From IMG/VR virus record IMGVR_UViG_647533159_000003: 46,723 nucleotides of DNA; one strand, given 5' to 3'. The stretch comes from a virus (Duplodnaviria > Heunggongvirae > Uroviricota > Caudoviricetes). The notes beneath the pieces are model-generated. The model searched no databases. It was given only the letters and a program-made list of their open reading frames with translations, and was not told the DNA's origin. This document shows, in pieces, positions 35,458 through 46,045 of the stretch (the first letter of the stretch is position 1; each line of letters begins with the position of its first letter). The translations under genes were made by a program, and so were the position numbers.

Positions 35458-36933
35458 ATGTCCGGATTACATGGTGTTGAAACCATTGAACTGACGACAG
35501 GCACGGTTGCCGTGCAGACCATCTCCACGGCAGTGATTGGCCTGGTGGGGACAGCGCCGGACGCCTCTGGTGGTGTATGCGCTTCCGGCACAGCCGGCTC
35601 CTGGCTGCTGGGAACGGCGCTGGATTTCACGGCGAAACAGGAAGGTCGGGCCGGTAATAAGATTTCGGTTGTTGCTGTGGCTGCCACAGAACAAAACGCG
35701 CAGACAGTGGCCTCGCTGAAAGGTACGACCCTGACGATAACACTGGGGACGGACGAACACAGCCAGGTTAACGCCAAGGCGGACCGTGTGACTGAAGTGG
35801 TGAATGCGCTGGGGGATTCGCCTGTGACGGCGGCTGTCAGCACCCTGAATGCAGGAAGTGCTGAAAATAATGTGGTGTTGCCGTTCAGCCTGACGTTATC
35901 CGGCGGAGAAGATGAGGCGTTCCCGGTCAATACACCAGTGGTGGTGGCAGGGGCCATTACTCAGGCAGGGAAACTGGGCACAGCCGGAACATTATACCCG
36001 GCCCTGCGAGATATTTTTGACCAGACTGGTGCGCTGGTGATTGTGGTGCGCGCAGAAAGTAAAACAAAGGCGAAAGAGGCTGAACAGCGTGTGGCGGTGA
36101 TTCAGGCCATGGAGGCGCTGACAGAAAGTAAGGGCGTGACAGGCTATCAACCGCGCATCCTCATTGCCACGGGGTACAGTGAGGATGATGGCGTGGCAAA
36201 GGCGCTGGAAACGTATGCCGCGAAGCTGCGGGCTGTGGCCTATATTGACTCGCCCTCAATGGCAACGCCGCAGGATGTGGTCCAGCGGCGCGCGTCATTT
36301 GGTGGGCGTGTGGAGCTGCTGCGTCCGCGCGTGTCAGTGACGGATGACAGCGGGCAAACGATATTTCGTCCATATTCGGCTCGTGCTGCCGGGCTGCGTG
36401 CCCGTATTGATTACGAAAAAGGGTGGTGGTGGTCCAAATCAAACCAGGACGTGATGAATATCACCGGTCTGGAGCAGGTGGATACGTTTATTCTCGGGGA
36501 GCAGAACTGCACGGCAAACCTGCTGAACATGGAAAATATCTCCACCATTATTCGCCATGACGGTTTTAAACACTGGGGTAACCGTCTGTGCACATCCCAC
36601 AGTCAGTGGCGTTTTGAGCCGGTACGCCGCACTGCAGATGTGATTGAGGACAGCATCCAGGAGGCCATGCTGCCTTATGTCGATCGTCCGCTTGATCGGG
36701 ATGTGGCAGACGACATTCTTGGCAGCATTAATGCCTATATGCGTCAGCTTAAAAATCTGGGCGCGATCCACGGTGGCAGTGCATGGCTGAACGATGAACT
36801 GAACACTGCAGAAACCCTGGCGGCAGGGCAGTTGTATATCGATTATGACTTTGGGCCGAAGTCACCACTGGAGCGCCTGACACTGCGGGCAATGATTAAC
36901 AATAAACTGGCGCTGGAGGAACTGACGGTATGA
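35458..36933 (+). CDS. Contractile tail sheath protein (P2 FI-like)
   Basis: 491 aa; position before tube and chaperone; sheath-like size and sequence character. Confidence 0.8.
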   Translation: MSGLHGVETIELTTGTVAVQTISTAVIGLVGTAPDASGGVCASGTAGSWLLGTALDFTAKQEGRAGNKISVVAVAATEQNAQTVASLKGTTLTITLGTDEHSQVNAKADRVTEVVNALGDSPVTAAVSTLNAGSAENNVVLPFSLTLSGGEDEAFPVNTPVVVAGAITQAGKLGTAGTLYPALRDIFDQTGALVIVVRAESKTKAKEAEQRVAVIQAMEALTESKGVTGYQPRILIATGYSEDDGVAKALETYAAKLRAVAYIDSPSMATPQDVVQRRASFGGRVELLRPRVSVTDDSGQTIFRPYSARAAGLRARIDYEKGWWWSKSNQDVMNITGLEQVDTFILGEQNCTANLLNMENISTIIRHDGFKHWGNRLCTSHSQWRFEPVRRTADVIEDSIQEAMLPYVDRPLDRDVADDILGSINAYMRQLKNLGAIHGGSAWLNDELNTAETLAAGQLYIDYDFGPKSPLERLTLRAMINNKLALEELTV

Positions 36934-37448
36934 TGACGGGTGAAAAAAAACTGTTGCGCGCATGGGCGTTATTTCTTCCTGGCGGGATCCGCCTTCAGGG
37001 GGCACATGAATACACGCCACCTGCCATTAATATCACGACAGTGGATATCAAAACCGGCGCAATGGATGCACCGGTGGCAGTGGATGACGGCATGGCAGCG
37101 CTGACCTGTTCGTTTAAGATTTATGGTTATGATGTTGCCATGCTTACGCTGCTGGGATTACAGGCCGGGCTTTATTCGCCGGAGATCGTTGTCCGCCAGG
37201 CTTACCAGGTGGGGAATGCGACCAGCGGACAGGTGGAAACCCTGCAGGGGATGATCACCAGTATCACGCCGGATGCACGTCCCGCAACGTCACAGGCAGA
37301 GGCTTCGGTGACGGTGGAAATGTCACTGAGTTATTACCGTCAGGCTGTTGACGGTGTGGAAACCATCTGCATTATTCCGGAGGAATTTGTGCGCCGTATT
37401 AACGGCGTTAATGTTCTGGCGGATCTGAAAAAAATCATCCGGGTTTAA
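36930..37448 (+). CDS. Tail tube protein (P2 FII-like)
   Basis: 172 aa directly after the sheath; overlaps its stop. Confidence 0.8.
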   Translation: MMTGEKKLLRAWALFLPGGIRLQGAHEYTPPAINITTVDIKTGAMDAPVAVDDGMAALTCSFKIYGYDVAMLTLLGLQAGLYSPEIVVRQAYQVGNATSGQVETLQGMITSITPDARPATSQAEASVTVEMSLSYYRQAVDGVETICIIPEEFVRRINGVNVLADLKKIIRV

Positions 37449-37468
37449 TCCGGGGATCCTGTCATTCA

Positions 37469-37494
37469 GGCGGCTCAGGCCGCCTTTTCTTTTT
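37469..37494 (+). terminator. Rho-independent terminator after the tube gene
   Basis: GGCGGC-tcag-GCCGCC followed by TTTTCTTTTT. Confidence 0.7.
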
Positions 37495-37507
37495 AAAGGA
37501 GATGCTT

Positions 37508-37810
37508 ATGTCGGAAAAAAACAGTGTTCCTGCCAGCAGCGTGGAAATTGTGTTATCCGTGCCGTATGTCACCGCATCAGGACAGACGATCACGCACGTC
37601 ACTATGCGTGCGCCCACTGTCCGCGATCGTCTGTTGCATCGCCGGAGTAACAAACCGGAAGCAGAGGCTGATCTGGATATGATTGCCGGTCTGTGTGGGA
37701 TGGACGCGGCAGACATGATGAACATGGAAGCGTGTGATTACCTGGCCCTGGAGCGTCAGTTTAATGTTTTTTTGCTGCCGCCGGTCCGGCGGAAGAAGAA
37801 AGCATCCTGA
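37508..37810 (+). CDS. Tail assembly chaperone (P2 gpE-like), zero-frame product
   Basis: AGGAG SD; 100 aa; ends ...LERQFNVFLLPPVRRKKKAS; contains the slippery heptamer. Confidence 0.7.
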   Translation: MSEKNSVPASSVEIVLSVPYVTASGQTITHVTMRAPTVRDRLLHRRSNKPEAEADLDMIAGLCGMDAADMMNMEACDYLALERQFNVFLLPPVRRKKKAS

Positions 37811-37947
37811 CAGCGATACGGCGTGCCGGTGCCTGGTTCGGGTGGTCTCCCGGAGATGTGATGGCGCTGCCGTATACGGATTTTGTGGCAATGATGCTGG
37901 CGGAGTCGGAAGAGAGGAAGCGATGTTATGGCAACGGTGGGCGATAA
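37508..37947 (+). CDS. Tail assembly chaperone, -1 frameshift fusion product (E+E'-like)
   Basis: Shift at T_TTT_TTG (37768-37774) into the -1 frame, which stays open to TAA 37945-37947 (...FFAAAGPAEEESILTAIRRAGAWFGWSPGDVMALPYTDFVAMMLAESEERKRCYGNGGR). Confidence 0.55.
37768..37774 (+). promoter_or_regulatory. Programmed -1 ribosomal frameshift slippery heptamer
   Basis: T TTT TTG in the chaperone zero frame; conserved feature of tail chaperone genes upstream of tape measure genes. Confidence 0.55.
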
Positions 37948-39580
37948 CCTTAAAGCGAATATCCGGATCGGAGGCACGATAGATCCGTCGTGGAAAAAAT
38001 CGGTTGATGGGTTGAAGCACGGATTATCAGGGGCAACACAGGAAGTGGCTCGTCTGACACGCCAGCAGGACGTACTGAAACGAAAAATTCAGGCTGGCGT
38101 TCTGGCTGGACAGGATATTACTGATCTGCGAAAGCAGTATGAAAAGCTGGGTAAAAAAATTCATGATGCCACCGGAGAGCAGGACAAATTTAACCGTAAG
38201 CTGGCGCGCGCGGAACGTCTGGCTCGCTGGAAAGGGTGGGCCGGGACCGTTCTTAAGACCGGGCTGGGGCTTTCGGTTGGTTCCGGGCTTACGCTGGCAG
38301 CAGGTGCAAGTGCGGTACTGAACCGGAATTCGGAAACAGCAGAGCGTGCAGGGATAGCGCGGAGCTACGGGGTGGACTATGAAACCTATGCGGCGTGGGA
38401 TTCACTGGGCCGTCAGATGGGGTTAAACGGTGAAAACATCGGTGATCTGTTTGAGGAATACCGGAACAAGGTTTTTGACGATGATAATGGTGCCACGGAC
38501 AAAGGAGCCATTCAGGAGGTATTCGGTAAACTGGGGCTGAAAGCGGGCGTAATGGCCGGAAAAAGTAACCAGGAGCAGGTCGAATTTTTATTTGATCGCT
38601 TACTGCAGGTAGAGAATGAACAGGTGGCAGCCGGGATGGCAGATGCGTTGTTCGGTGGTGAGGCCAATAAAATTCTGACCTGGATGCGTCTGTCAGGGAA
38701 AACTTACCGGGAGCTTATCAGTGAGCAGAAACGCTATAACCTGGTGACAAAGGCAGGGGCTGATGGCGCAGTTCAGGGACATGTGGCACTGTCAAATCTC
38801 CGTAATGTTCTGAGTTCTTCCATTGATGAAATCAGCGGGCAGCTGGGTAATGAACTTGCCCCACATATTCAACAGGTGACGGATGACCTTGCGGCCTGGT
38901 TTAAGAATGGTGGGCTGGAAAAAATCCGGGCATTTATTCGTGATGATGCCCTGCCGGCGCTGATCGACATGGCTGCCTGGATGTGGAAATTTGGAAAAGT
39001 TCTTGCCGGAATTACACAAAAAGCCATTGAGTGGGGGCTGGCGGATGATCCGCGAGAGGACCGACGGGAAGTGCTGGAGTATCTGGCAAAAATGGGGTCG
39101 CCGGAGCTGGCGAGAGCAGTGGCGCAGAAAAACGGTCAGGGTGAATGGTTTGATGAACTGCTCAGGCAAAATCCTGACCTGACAAAACAGGTTGTACAGG
39201 CCTATAAAGACACCCGCGGTTATCTCCCCTGGAATCATGACGATAAAAAGTTTGATGCATTTCTCGACCCTCTGCTGGGGCCGAAAGAAGAACCTGATTT
39301 TAAGGCGATAAAAGAGAAATCCCGCACCTATATTGACGGACTTCCTGCAGCAGTTCAGGGGCAGGGTAATTCGGATCCTCTCTCGGCTCTTCAGTCTACC
39401 CCCGGCAGTGTCAGCCAGGTGGAAGTAAAACCCACCTATCAGATACGGGCGGAATTTAACATCACTCAGAAGCCTGGCGAGGATGCCGGACAACTGGCTG
39501 ACAGGGTAACGAAAAATCTGGGAGATATTCATTTTGGTCAGCGTTCCCGCATGACCGATGGCGATGCATTCTGGGGGTGA
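37928..39580 (+). CDS. Tail tape measure protein
   Basis: 550 aa, immediately after the frameshift chaperone; helical, Gly-rich hydrophobic stretch. Confidence 0.75.
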   Translation: MATVGDNLKANIRIGGTIDPSWKKSVDGLKHGLSGATQEVARLTRQQDVLKRKIQAGVLAGQDITDLRKQYEKLGKKIHDATGEQDKFNRKLARAERLARWKGWAGTVLKTGLGLSVGSGLTLAAGASAVLNRNSETAERAGIARSYGVDYETYAAWDSLGRQMGLNGENIGDLFEEYRNKVFDDDNGATDKGAIQEVFGKLGLKAGVMAGKSNQEQVEFLFDRLLQVENEQVAAGMADALFGGEANKILTWMRLSGKTYRELISEQKRYNLVTKAGADGAVQGHVALSNLRNVLSSSIDEISGQLGNELAPHIQQVTDDLAAWFKNGGLEKIRAFIRDDALPALIDMAAWMWKFGKVLAGITQKAIEWGLADDPREDRREVLEYLAKMGSPELARAVAQKNGQGEWFDELLRQNPDLTKQVVQAYKDTRGYLPWNHDDKKFDAFLDPLLGPKEEPDFKAIKEKSRTYIDGLPAAVQGQGNSDPLSALQSTPGSVSQVEVKPTYQIRAEFNITQKPGEDAGQLADRVTKNLGDIHFGQRSRMTDGDAFWG

Positions 39581-39582
39581 AT

Positions 39583-40071
39583 ATGGTGGATTTGCTGGGC
39601 TGGGGTGTAAACCGGCTTGAGCGCGAAGCATGGGACGCGGTGGGCTCATTAACGGATGTCGCCTCCCGCGTCATGCTGTCGTTTGGTGAGTTTGAATTCA
39701 GTATTGATACTGCTGCATATAACGCCATGAAGCGCACGATGGAATGGCGATGGGATGAACAACAGCTTATCGGAAAAAACGACCTGCTGCAGTATACCGG
39801 TAAGGGGGCCAGAACAATAACCCTTGAAGGTATGGTGCATGCGGGATTTCGTGACGGTGTGGGAATGGATGCCCTTGATACACTGGTTCAGATGGTGGAT
39901 GGCAATCCGGCCCCGCATCTTCTGGTCTCGAGCACAGGTGATGTGATGGGGTATTTCGTGGCAACCGCCTATTCAGATAACACCACGTCTTTTCTTCCCG
40001 GCGGTGCGCCAAAGAACAAAACGTTCACACTGGAGCTGAAATACTATGGCGAAAAACTGGCGGACCACTGA
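39583..40071 (+). CDS. Tail protein U (P2 gpU-like)
   Basis: GGGGTGA SD then ATG 39583; size and position as P2 gpU. Confidence 0.7.
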   Translation: MVDLLGWGVNRLEREAWDAVGSLTDVASRVMLSFGEFEFSIDTAAYNAMKRTMEWRWDEQQLIGKNDLLQYTGKGARTITLEGMVHAGFRDGVGMDALDTLVQMVDGNPAPHLLVSSTGDVMGYFVATAYSDNTTSFLPGGAPKNKTFTLELKYYGEKLADH

Positions 40072-40264
40072 CGGCGATATGCTGGATGACATCTGCCAGA
40101 GACATTATGGCAGTGCCGGGCTTAACCAGTCACTGGCGGCGGTACTGGAAGCCAATCCCGGGCTGGCTGACTTTGGTCCGGTGTATCCCGCCGGGGTGGA
40201 AATCGTGTTGCCTGACTGGACATATGAACCGGAAATGAAGGAGACGTTTCAGTTATGGGACTGA
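40046..40264 (+). CDS. Tail protein X (P2 gpX-like, LysM-type)
   Basis: ...GDMLDDICQRHYG...VLEANPGLADFGPVYPAGVEIVLPD... matches P2 gpX. Confidence 0.8.
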   Translation: MAKNWRTTDGDMLDDICQRHYGSAGLNQSLAAVLEANPGLADFGPVYPAGVEIVLPDWTYEPEMKETFQLWD

Positions 40265-41343
40265 ATGAATATCAGCCGGATTTCAGTCTGACAGCGGAAG
40301 GTCAGGATATCACGAAGGCAATAAAACGTGGGCTGGCTGAACTGCGATATACCGATAATGGTGCTGGCACAAAGCGGTCCGATGAACTGATGATAACGCT
40401 GTTCAGCGAGACGCTGGCGTTGCCACCGAAAGGCGCGGTGCTAACGCTGGGACTGGGGTTCAACGGAAATCTGGTCAATAAAGGCAGTTTTACCGTCTGT
40501 CAGGTGGCAAGCGGTGGTCCTCCCCGCCGGCTCACCATTTATGCCACCGCAGCCCCCATGAATGCGTCAAAACATGGCGCAGACGTGACCGCACTGAAAA
40601 CCCGGGCTTTCAGCGATATCACACTGGGCGACCTGGTGAAAACCATCGCCACTGAAAATAATCTGGTGGCGCGCGTCTCATCGGTGCTTGCTGATATTCA
40701 TATCCCGTGGGTGATGCAGTCATCAGAATCTGATGCTGCCCTCTTATCCCGCATTGCAGGTATGTACGGCGCCACCAGTAAACCGACCAATGGCTACTGG
40801 TTATTTCTGGAATATGGGGCATCACAGAGTACGGGGGGCAGAAATGCGCCTGAGATAACCATTACGCCGGGTATGGTATCAGACTGGGATTATCGTGAAG
40901 GTGAGCGACAGGGCGCTGCGGGTGGTGCGAAGGGGGATAAAAAGAGCGGGAAAGTTGGGGTCCGGTATTTTGATGCCCGTGACGGACGCACACGTGAAGT
41001 TAAAGTTGACGTGGAGTCAACAGATAAGCGGCATCCGTTTACCCAGCCTGACCAGGGCACCGCAAAACACTGTGCAGAGTCGAAGGTTAAACGTGTGCAG
41101 AAAGCCGGACGCCAGATGACGATAACGTTGCCCTGCAGGCCGGAACTGCTGAAAGCAGGGGCGGAGATGCGTTTTGTCACGCAGGGATTTGGTGTGCGTG
41201 AGGACCATCACTGGCAGGCTGAGTCTGTGGAGTTTTCACTGGTACCGGGACAGGGATTTACGCTGAATCTGTCACTGACCACGGATATTTCTGCAAAGGG
41301 GAAAGCCAGTGGCAAGAAAAAAGGCGTCAATTATTTTGGTTAA
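40255..41343 (+). CDS. Tail protein D (P2 late control gene D-like)
   Basis: 362 aa, position and size as P2 gpD. Confidence 0.75.
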   Translation: MGLNEYQPDFSLTAEGQDITKAIKRGLAELRYTDNGAGTKRSDELMITLFSETLALPPKGAVLTLGLGFNGNLVNKGSFTVCQVASGGPPRRLTIYATAAPMNASKHGADVTALKTRAFSDITLGDLVKTIATENNLVARVSSVLADIHIPWVMQSSESDAALLSRIAGMYGATSKPTNGYWLFLEYGASQSTGGRNAPEITITPGMVSDWDYREGERQGAAGGAKGDKKSGKVGVRYFDARDGRTREVKVDVESTDKRHPFTQPDQGTAKHCAESKVKRVQKAGRQMTITLPCRPELLKAGAEMRFVTQGFGVREDHHWQAESVEFSLVPGQGFTLNLSLTTDISAKGKASGKKKGVNYFG

Positions 41344-41367
41344 TGTTTTCTGAATCAGGAAATAAAC

Positions 41368-44050
41368 ATGTCTGTATTAATTTCGGGTGTGCTGACGGAT
41401 GGCACGGGACTCCCCATGTCCGGATACCATATTATTCTGAAAGCCCGACAGAATACATCCGCAGTGGTTATGAGAACGGTGGCAACAGTGGTGACGGGGC
41501 CGGCAGGAGAATATGCATTTGAGGCTCAGACCGGAAGATATGACGTTTATCTTCGGTCATGTATTGAAAGAGAATATTGTGTTGGTGATATTTCGGTTTA
41601 CGACGATTCAAAGCCCGGCACACTGAACGACTTTCTGACCGCCCTTGATGAAGGCGATTTAAAGCCGGATGTAGTGAAACGCTTTGAGGAACTGGTGGCG
41701 CAGGCGCAGCAGAGCGCGGAAGCGGCAGCGGAAAGCGAACGACAGGCCGGGCAACATGTCGCTGATGCGCAACAAATCAAGAGCGACTGCGAGACGCTGG
41801 CGGATAACGTACAGCAGAATGCAGAAGCCGTTGCCGAAGATAAAAAGCAGGTGGCACAGCTGGCATCATCTGCCACACAGGATGCCGCCCGCGCAGAGCA
41901 GGCTGTCAAGGATGCTGNNNNNNNNNNNNNNNNNNNNNNNNNNNNNNNNNNNNNNNNNNNNNNNNNNNNNNNNNNNNNNNNNNNNNNNNNNNNNNNNNNN
42001 NNNNNNNNNNNNNNNNNNNNNNNNNNNNNNNNNNNNNNNNNNNNNNNNNNNNNNNNNNNNNNNNNNNNNNNNNNNNNNNNNNNNNNNNNNNNNNNNNNNN
42101 NNNNNNNNNNNNNNNNNNNNNNNNNNNNNNNNNNNNNNNNNNNNNNNNNNNNNNNNNNNNNNNNNNNNNNNNNNNNNNNNNNNNNNNNNNNNNNNNNNNN
42201 NNNNNNNNNNNNNNNNNNNNNNNNNNNNNNNNNNNNNNNNNNNNNNNNNNNNNNNNNNNNNNNNNNNNNNNNNNNNNNNNNNNNNNNNNNNNNNNNNTAT
42301 TACACCTTTTCCACGCGAACGGAAGAAACCACCGGGGATAACAGAAATTATCTGGCTGGATAATGGCTGGGGCGACAAAACCAGCCAGACAGCAACAAAG
42401 CTGGTTCTGTTCTTTGGAAAAGACGGACGGATTCTTATGACCGTTCGTGGCGATAATATCTCCGCCCCGGTCACCTGGACGAATCTGACGCCACAACTGG
42501 GCAATGCAGCACAAAAGGATGCGCAGGAGAATATTTACGACCGCACCGAAGGCCGCCTGGCGATTCCTGGCATGTTCGGTTTCGGGAAAATATTTTCCAG
42601 TAGCGACAGAACTGAATTTAAATCAGGGACTGATTTTCTCAGGTGGGTAAAAACAGCAAAACCCGGTCGTTATACCGTATTTGCGGACACAAATGTGGTG
42701 GTACCTGGCATACAGACAAACGGTGTTATTGAAATTATCTGGCCACAACCTAAAACCAGCCCGAATGATGAGTATGCCTATAAGATAATTATTTATTACG
42801 GTGTTAATGGTCATATTTATTATAACCGTTGCGCGGTGTCATCAGATGGTGGTTATCTGGTTGGCTGGGAAAACCTGAAGGTTGATGAGGCTTCACTCAG
42901 GGCACTGATTGAAGCCCGCGCACCACTGAAAAGTCCGGCACTGACCGGAACTCCGACAGCACCAACACCGCCGGATGATGCAGCAGGTAATGAAATAGCC
43001 AATGCGGAGTTTGTCCGCAAACTGCTCGCTGCGCTGGTTGACTCATCACCTGAAGCCCTGGACACGCTGAACGAGCTGGCAGCGGCGCTGGGTAATGACC
43101 CGAACTTTGCGACAACGGTCACTAATGCACTGGCAGGTAAACAGCCGCTTAATGACGTGTTAACGGCTGTCAGCCAGATAATACCGGAAGAAAACACGCT
43201 GCCTTATTTCAGTGAAGAGGGCCGGATTTTACTGGCGCAGCTGTCAGAAAAAGCCCGCGCATTACTGGCACTGGACACACCTGAAGCCATGCGCACGGAG
43301 CTTGAGCTGAAAGCGGCTGCGACGATGGAATCCCAGAGCGATATCCGCGACCGTACACCGGGCAGGCTGGCGCTGTCCGGCATGTACGGATTCGGTCAGG
43401 CATTTACCAGCACCGACGCTCTGGCGTTTGACGGACAGGCTGATTTTGCTGAATGGCTGAAAGAGGCCACGCCGGGGCGTTATGCGGTCAGCATTGCGGA
43501 CTCTTCCACGCTGCTGGTTGGCACAACGAAATTTAACGGCATCATTGATGTAATGTGGTCGCCCTTTGATAACGATGAGTCGGACACAACGCGCAAATTC
43601 AAAACGCTGCTGTGTTTTAACCAGTATTACGAAGGTGAGCACAGTATTCATCGCCTGACTTATCGCTGGAGTGGAAACAACTGGAATGCAACAGTAAGCC
43701 CTGTCATTTACGATGGCGATTCGCTGGCGTTCCTGCTGTCCCGAACGGCAGGCTCAGGCTCATATTTCAAATACCCGGCAGTGGGTGTTCCGGTGCTTGC
43801 TGTTTATCGCGGAACAACGTCCGGGGATAAAGAAATCAAAATTGGCCTGGGTGATGTGGTGCCAGGGTCACAACTGGGCGGAGTTAATCTTTCGTGCACA
43901 ATATCTTCTGCGGGGGCTGGCTCCTACGGTTCCACACCGAGTGCAGGAGCTACAGGGTACACTTTTCCGGGGCGTTATATGGCGTTATCCGGGGTCAGGG
44001 ACTCTTACGGAACAAGCGGTCGTATCTGCCTGTTTGTGCGCATCGAGTAA
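41368..44050 (+). CDS. Side tail fibre (lambda Stf-like N-terminus, P2 H-like central collar), interrupted by an N run
   Basis: N-terminus ...ISGVLTDGTGLP...ILKARQNTSAVV...VYDDSKPGTLNDFL... resembles lambda Stf; after the gap ...APLKSPALTGTPTAPT...LNELAAALGNDPNFATT.TNALAGKQP... resembles P2 H. Confidence 0.7.
41918..42297. other. Run of 380 N inside the fibre gene
   Basis: n characters; length mod 3 = 2, which explains the apparent frame change of the fibre ORF. Confidence 0.99.
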
Positions 44051-44064
44051 CGGGGAAATAAGAC

Positions 44065-44643
44065 ATGAAAATCAGAGCGGTAAAAGGCATCAGAAACGCG
44101 CATTATCTCGAAAATGGTGCGGTTGACTGCGAGGTGTTATTTGAAGGTGAAAGGGAATTCGTCCCGTATACCGCCATGCAGGACGATACCGCAATGACAG
44201 GCCAGCGCATCTGGGAAGAGTTACAGAGCGGCAAGTGGGGGAAAATCGCCCCATTCACCGTCACGCCTGAACTTATCGCAGCGGCAAAAGATGCCAAACG
44301 CCAGGAAATCGAAGCCTGGCGCACAGAACAGGAGGCGCAGCCGTTCACGTTCGAATGGAACGGTCGCACCTGGAATGCTGGCCCAGACTCACTGGCCCGT
44401 CTCTATCCGGTGGTAATGGCTGCAAAATCTGATACGGCACGAACCGCCCTTGTGTGGGGCGACGCTGATAATCAACAGGTGAAACTGTCGATGCAGGAAC
44501 TTGAAGAACTGGCGGCAGCACTGGCGCAGGCGCAGGTCAATCGCAACGACGAGATTTATCGTCGGCAGCGGGAGATGAAAGAAGAACTGAATAACTTGGA
44601 TGATTTGCGCTCAATTAGAGCGATTGCAATTAGCAGTAATTAG
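44065..44643 (+). CDS. Tail fibre assembly protein (Tfa-like)
   Basis: 192 aa directly after the Stf-like fibre; its last about 24 codons recur as a remnant at 46046-46123. Confidence 0.65.
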   Translation: MKIRAVKGIRNAHYLENGAVDCEVLFEGEREFVPYTAMQDDTAMTGQRIWEELQSGKWGKIAPFTVTPELIAAAKDAKRQEIEAWRTEQEAQPFTFEWNGRTWNAGPDSLARLYPVVMAAKSDTARTALVWGDADNQQVKLSMQELEELAAALAQAQVNRNDEIYRRQREMKEELNNLDDLRSIRAIAISSN

Positions 44644-44682
44644 CTCAGAAAATGCAAATAACAAGTTGTCATATCATAGAGT

Positions 44683-44704
44683 AGTGAGGGGGGCGCCCCT
44701 CACT
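44683..44704. terminator. GC-rich 9-bp-stem hairpin between convergent genes (bidirectional terminator candidate)
   Basis: AGTGAGGGG-ggcg-CCCCTCACT followed by ATTTATT. Confidence 0.5.
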
Positions 44705-44709
44705 ATTTA

Positions 44710-45255
44710 TTACCACCAGCTATCAGCTTTACTCTCTCGTGCTTTTCCCTCACTTTGCAACAATTCTTTGGTACCAGTTGAAATATTACGCCGAGCATCC
44801 GCTTCTGATTGAATAACGTCAGTTTGTGCAGCCCGCTCCTTGAGTTCTTGATCCAGAAAATCGTTTGCTCTATTTACCCTGGCCCTTTTAGCTTCGAGTT
44901 CGAGTTTTCGGTTTTCTAGCTCAAGTTGGCGTAATTGATCTTCATAATCTTGATCGCGTTTTTTATCTGCCGCCATCTCCGCTTCGAGCTTAGCTTTACG
45001 CTCAAACTCAGCCGCTCGTCGTTGTTTTTCTTTTGCTGCTGCCATAGCCGCTGCTTTCTCTTTGCGAATCCTTTCCGCATTGGCACGTTGGCGCTCTTGT
45101 TCTTTACGTGCATCTTCAATACGTTTTTCTTCGGCTTTACCTTCATTTTCGGCTCGCGCAATAGCCGCTAATTGTTCCTGTAAAGAAGACGCGTTAACGT
45201 AAAAAGTGCTTAGGCACGGCAAAGCTAATAGTATATATAAAGCAAGACGTGTCAT
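44710..45255 (-). CDS. Secreted coiled-coil protein (signal peptide plus K/E/R/A-rich helical region), cargo
   Basis: MTRLALYILLALPCLSTFYVNA signal-like N-terminus; AT-rich; strong charge periodicity. Confidence 0.6.
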   Translation of the reverse strand: MTRLALYILLALPCLSTFYVNASSLQEQLAAIARAENEGKAEEKRIEDARKEQERQRANAERIRKEKAAAMAAAKEKQRRAAEFERKAKLEAEMAADKKRDQDYEDQLRQLELENRKLELEAKRARVNRANDFLDQELKERAAQTDVIQSEADARRNISTGTKELLQSEGKARESKADSWW

Positions 45256-45267
45256 CTGAAATGGCCA

Positions 45268-45780
45268 TTATTTATTATCAGGGCATGTTGCATTTGGTTG
45301 AATACGTGTTTCGTTTTCTTTAGTTGAAATCATGGCTGCTAATCCAGGTGCAAATTGGCAAGCTCTACCAACTTGAGTCGATGTATAAACTTTTGTACCT
45401 TCTTTGTATGTTAGAGAAACGCCTTCAACAATTGTTTTATCTTTGACTAATGAACCAGCGGCTGCACCAAGTGCGGTTCCACCTACAGCCCCTGCGGTGG
45501 TTGCCAGTTTCGAACCACTTTTGGTGTTATGTCCAATTACTCCTCCAGCAACGGCACCAACTACAGCACCGAATGTTTGTGCTGCTTCTTTATTTTCTTT
45601 GTTGTCCACAGCAATTTTTGCAGGAAGAACCGAAATGATAGTTATCATTTTGGTTTCTTGTTTGGAATTAACCTGAGTGGTGTCATAAACATCTGCAGCA
45701 AGATGTTCTGCAGTAGACTGACACCCACTTAATGCAAAGACAGCTAATAAAGAAATGGTTGCTTTATTTAATTTCAACAT
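45268..45780 (-). CDS. Outer-membrane lipoprotein with glycine-zipper motif (SlyB/PCP-like), cargo
   Basis: Lipobox LSGC; glycine zipper GAVVGAVAGGVIG...GAVGGTALGAAAG; AT-rich. Confidence 0.65.
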   Translation of the reverse strand: MLKLNKATISLLAVFALSGCQSTAEHLAADVYDTTQVNSKQETKMITIISVLPAKIAVDNKENKEAAQTFGAVVGAVAGGVIGHNTKSGSKLATTAGAVGGTALGAAAGSLVKDKTIVEGVSLTYKEGTKVYTSTQVGRACQFAPGLAAMISTKENETRIQPNATCPDNK

Positions 45781-46045
45781 TTTACTTGCTCTCCTAGTTT
45801 CTGAGAAACTGCAAATATATTTACCTGAGCTTTTGTGTCAATATTTTTGGGGCTGTTTTGTTGTCTTTAATCAAAAAAAGTATCCTGCTCATATAGTTAT
45901 GTTTAGTGTTTTTATGTTTTTTAATAAATTTCATAAATAGCTGAATTTATTGATATCAATATATAAACTTATCGTGCATACATTGCCCAAAATACAGTTT
46001 CAGAAGGGGGCTGGTTGTTGTTGGGGGCAATGTTATCAGTGGGAA

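Noticed and set aside
44916-45732. Plus-strand ORFs inside the two cargo genes (44935-45171, 45404-45676, 45450-45638, 45529-45732)
   Set aside because: Antisense shadows of the coiled-coil and glycine-zipper genes, reflecting the periodic codon composition of those genes.
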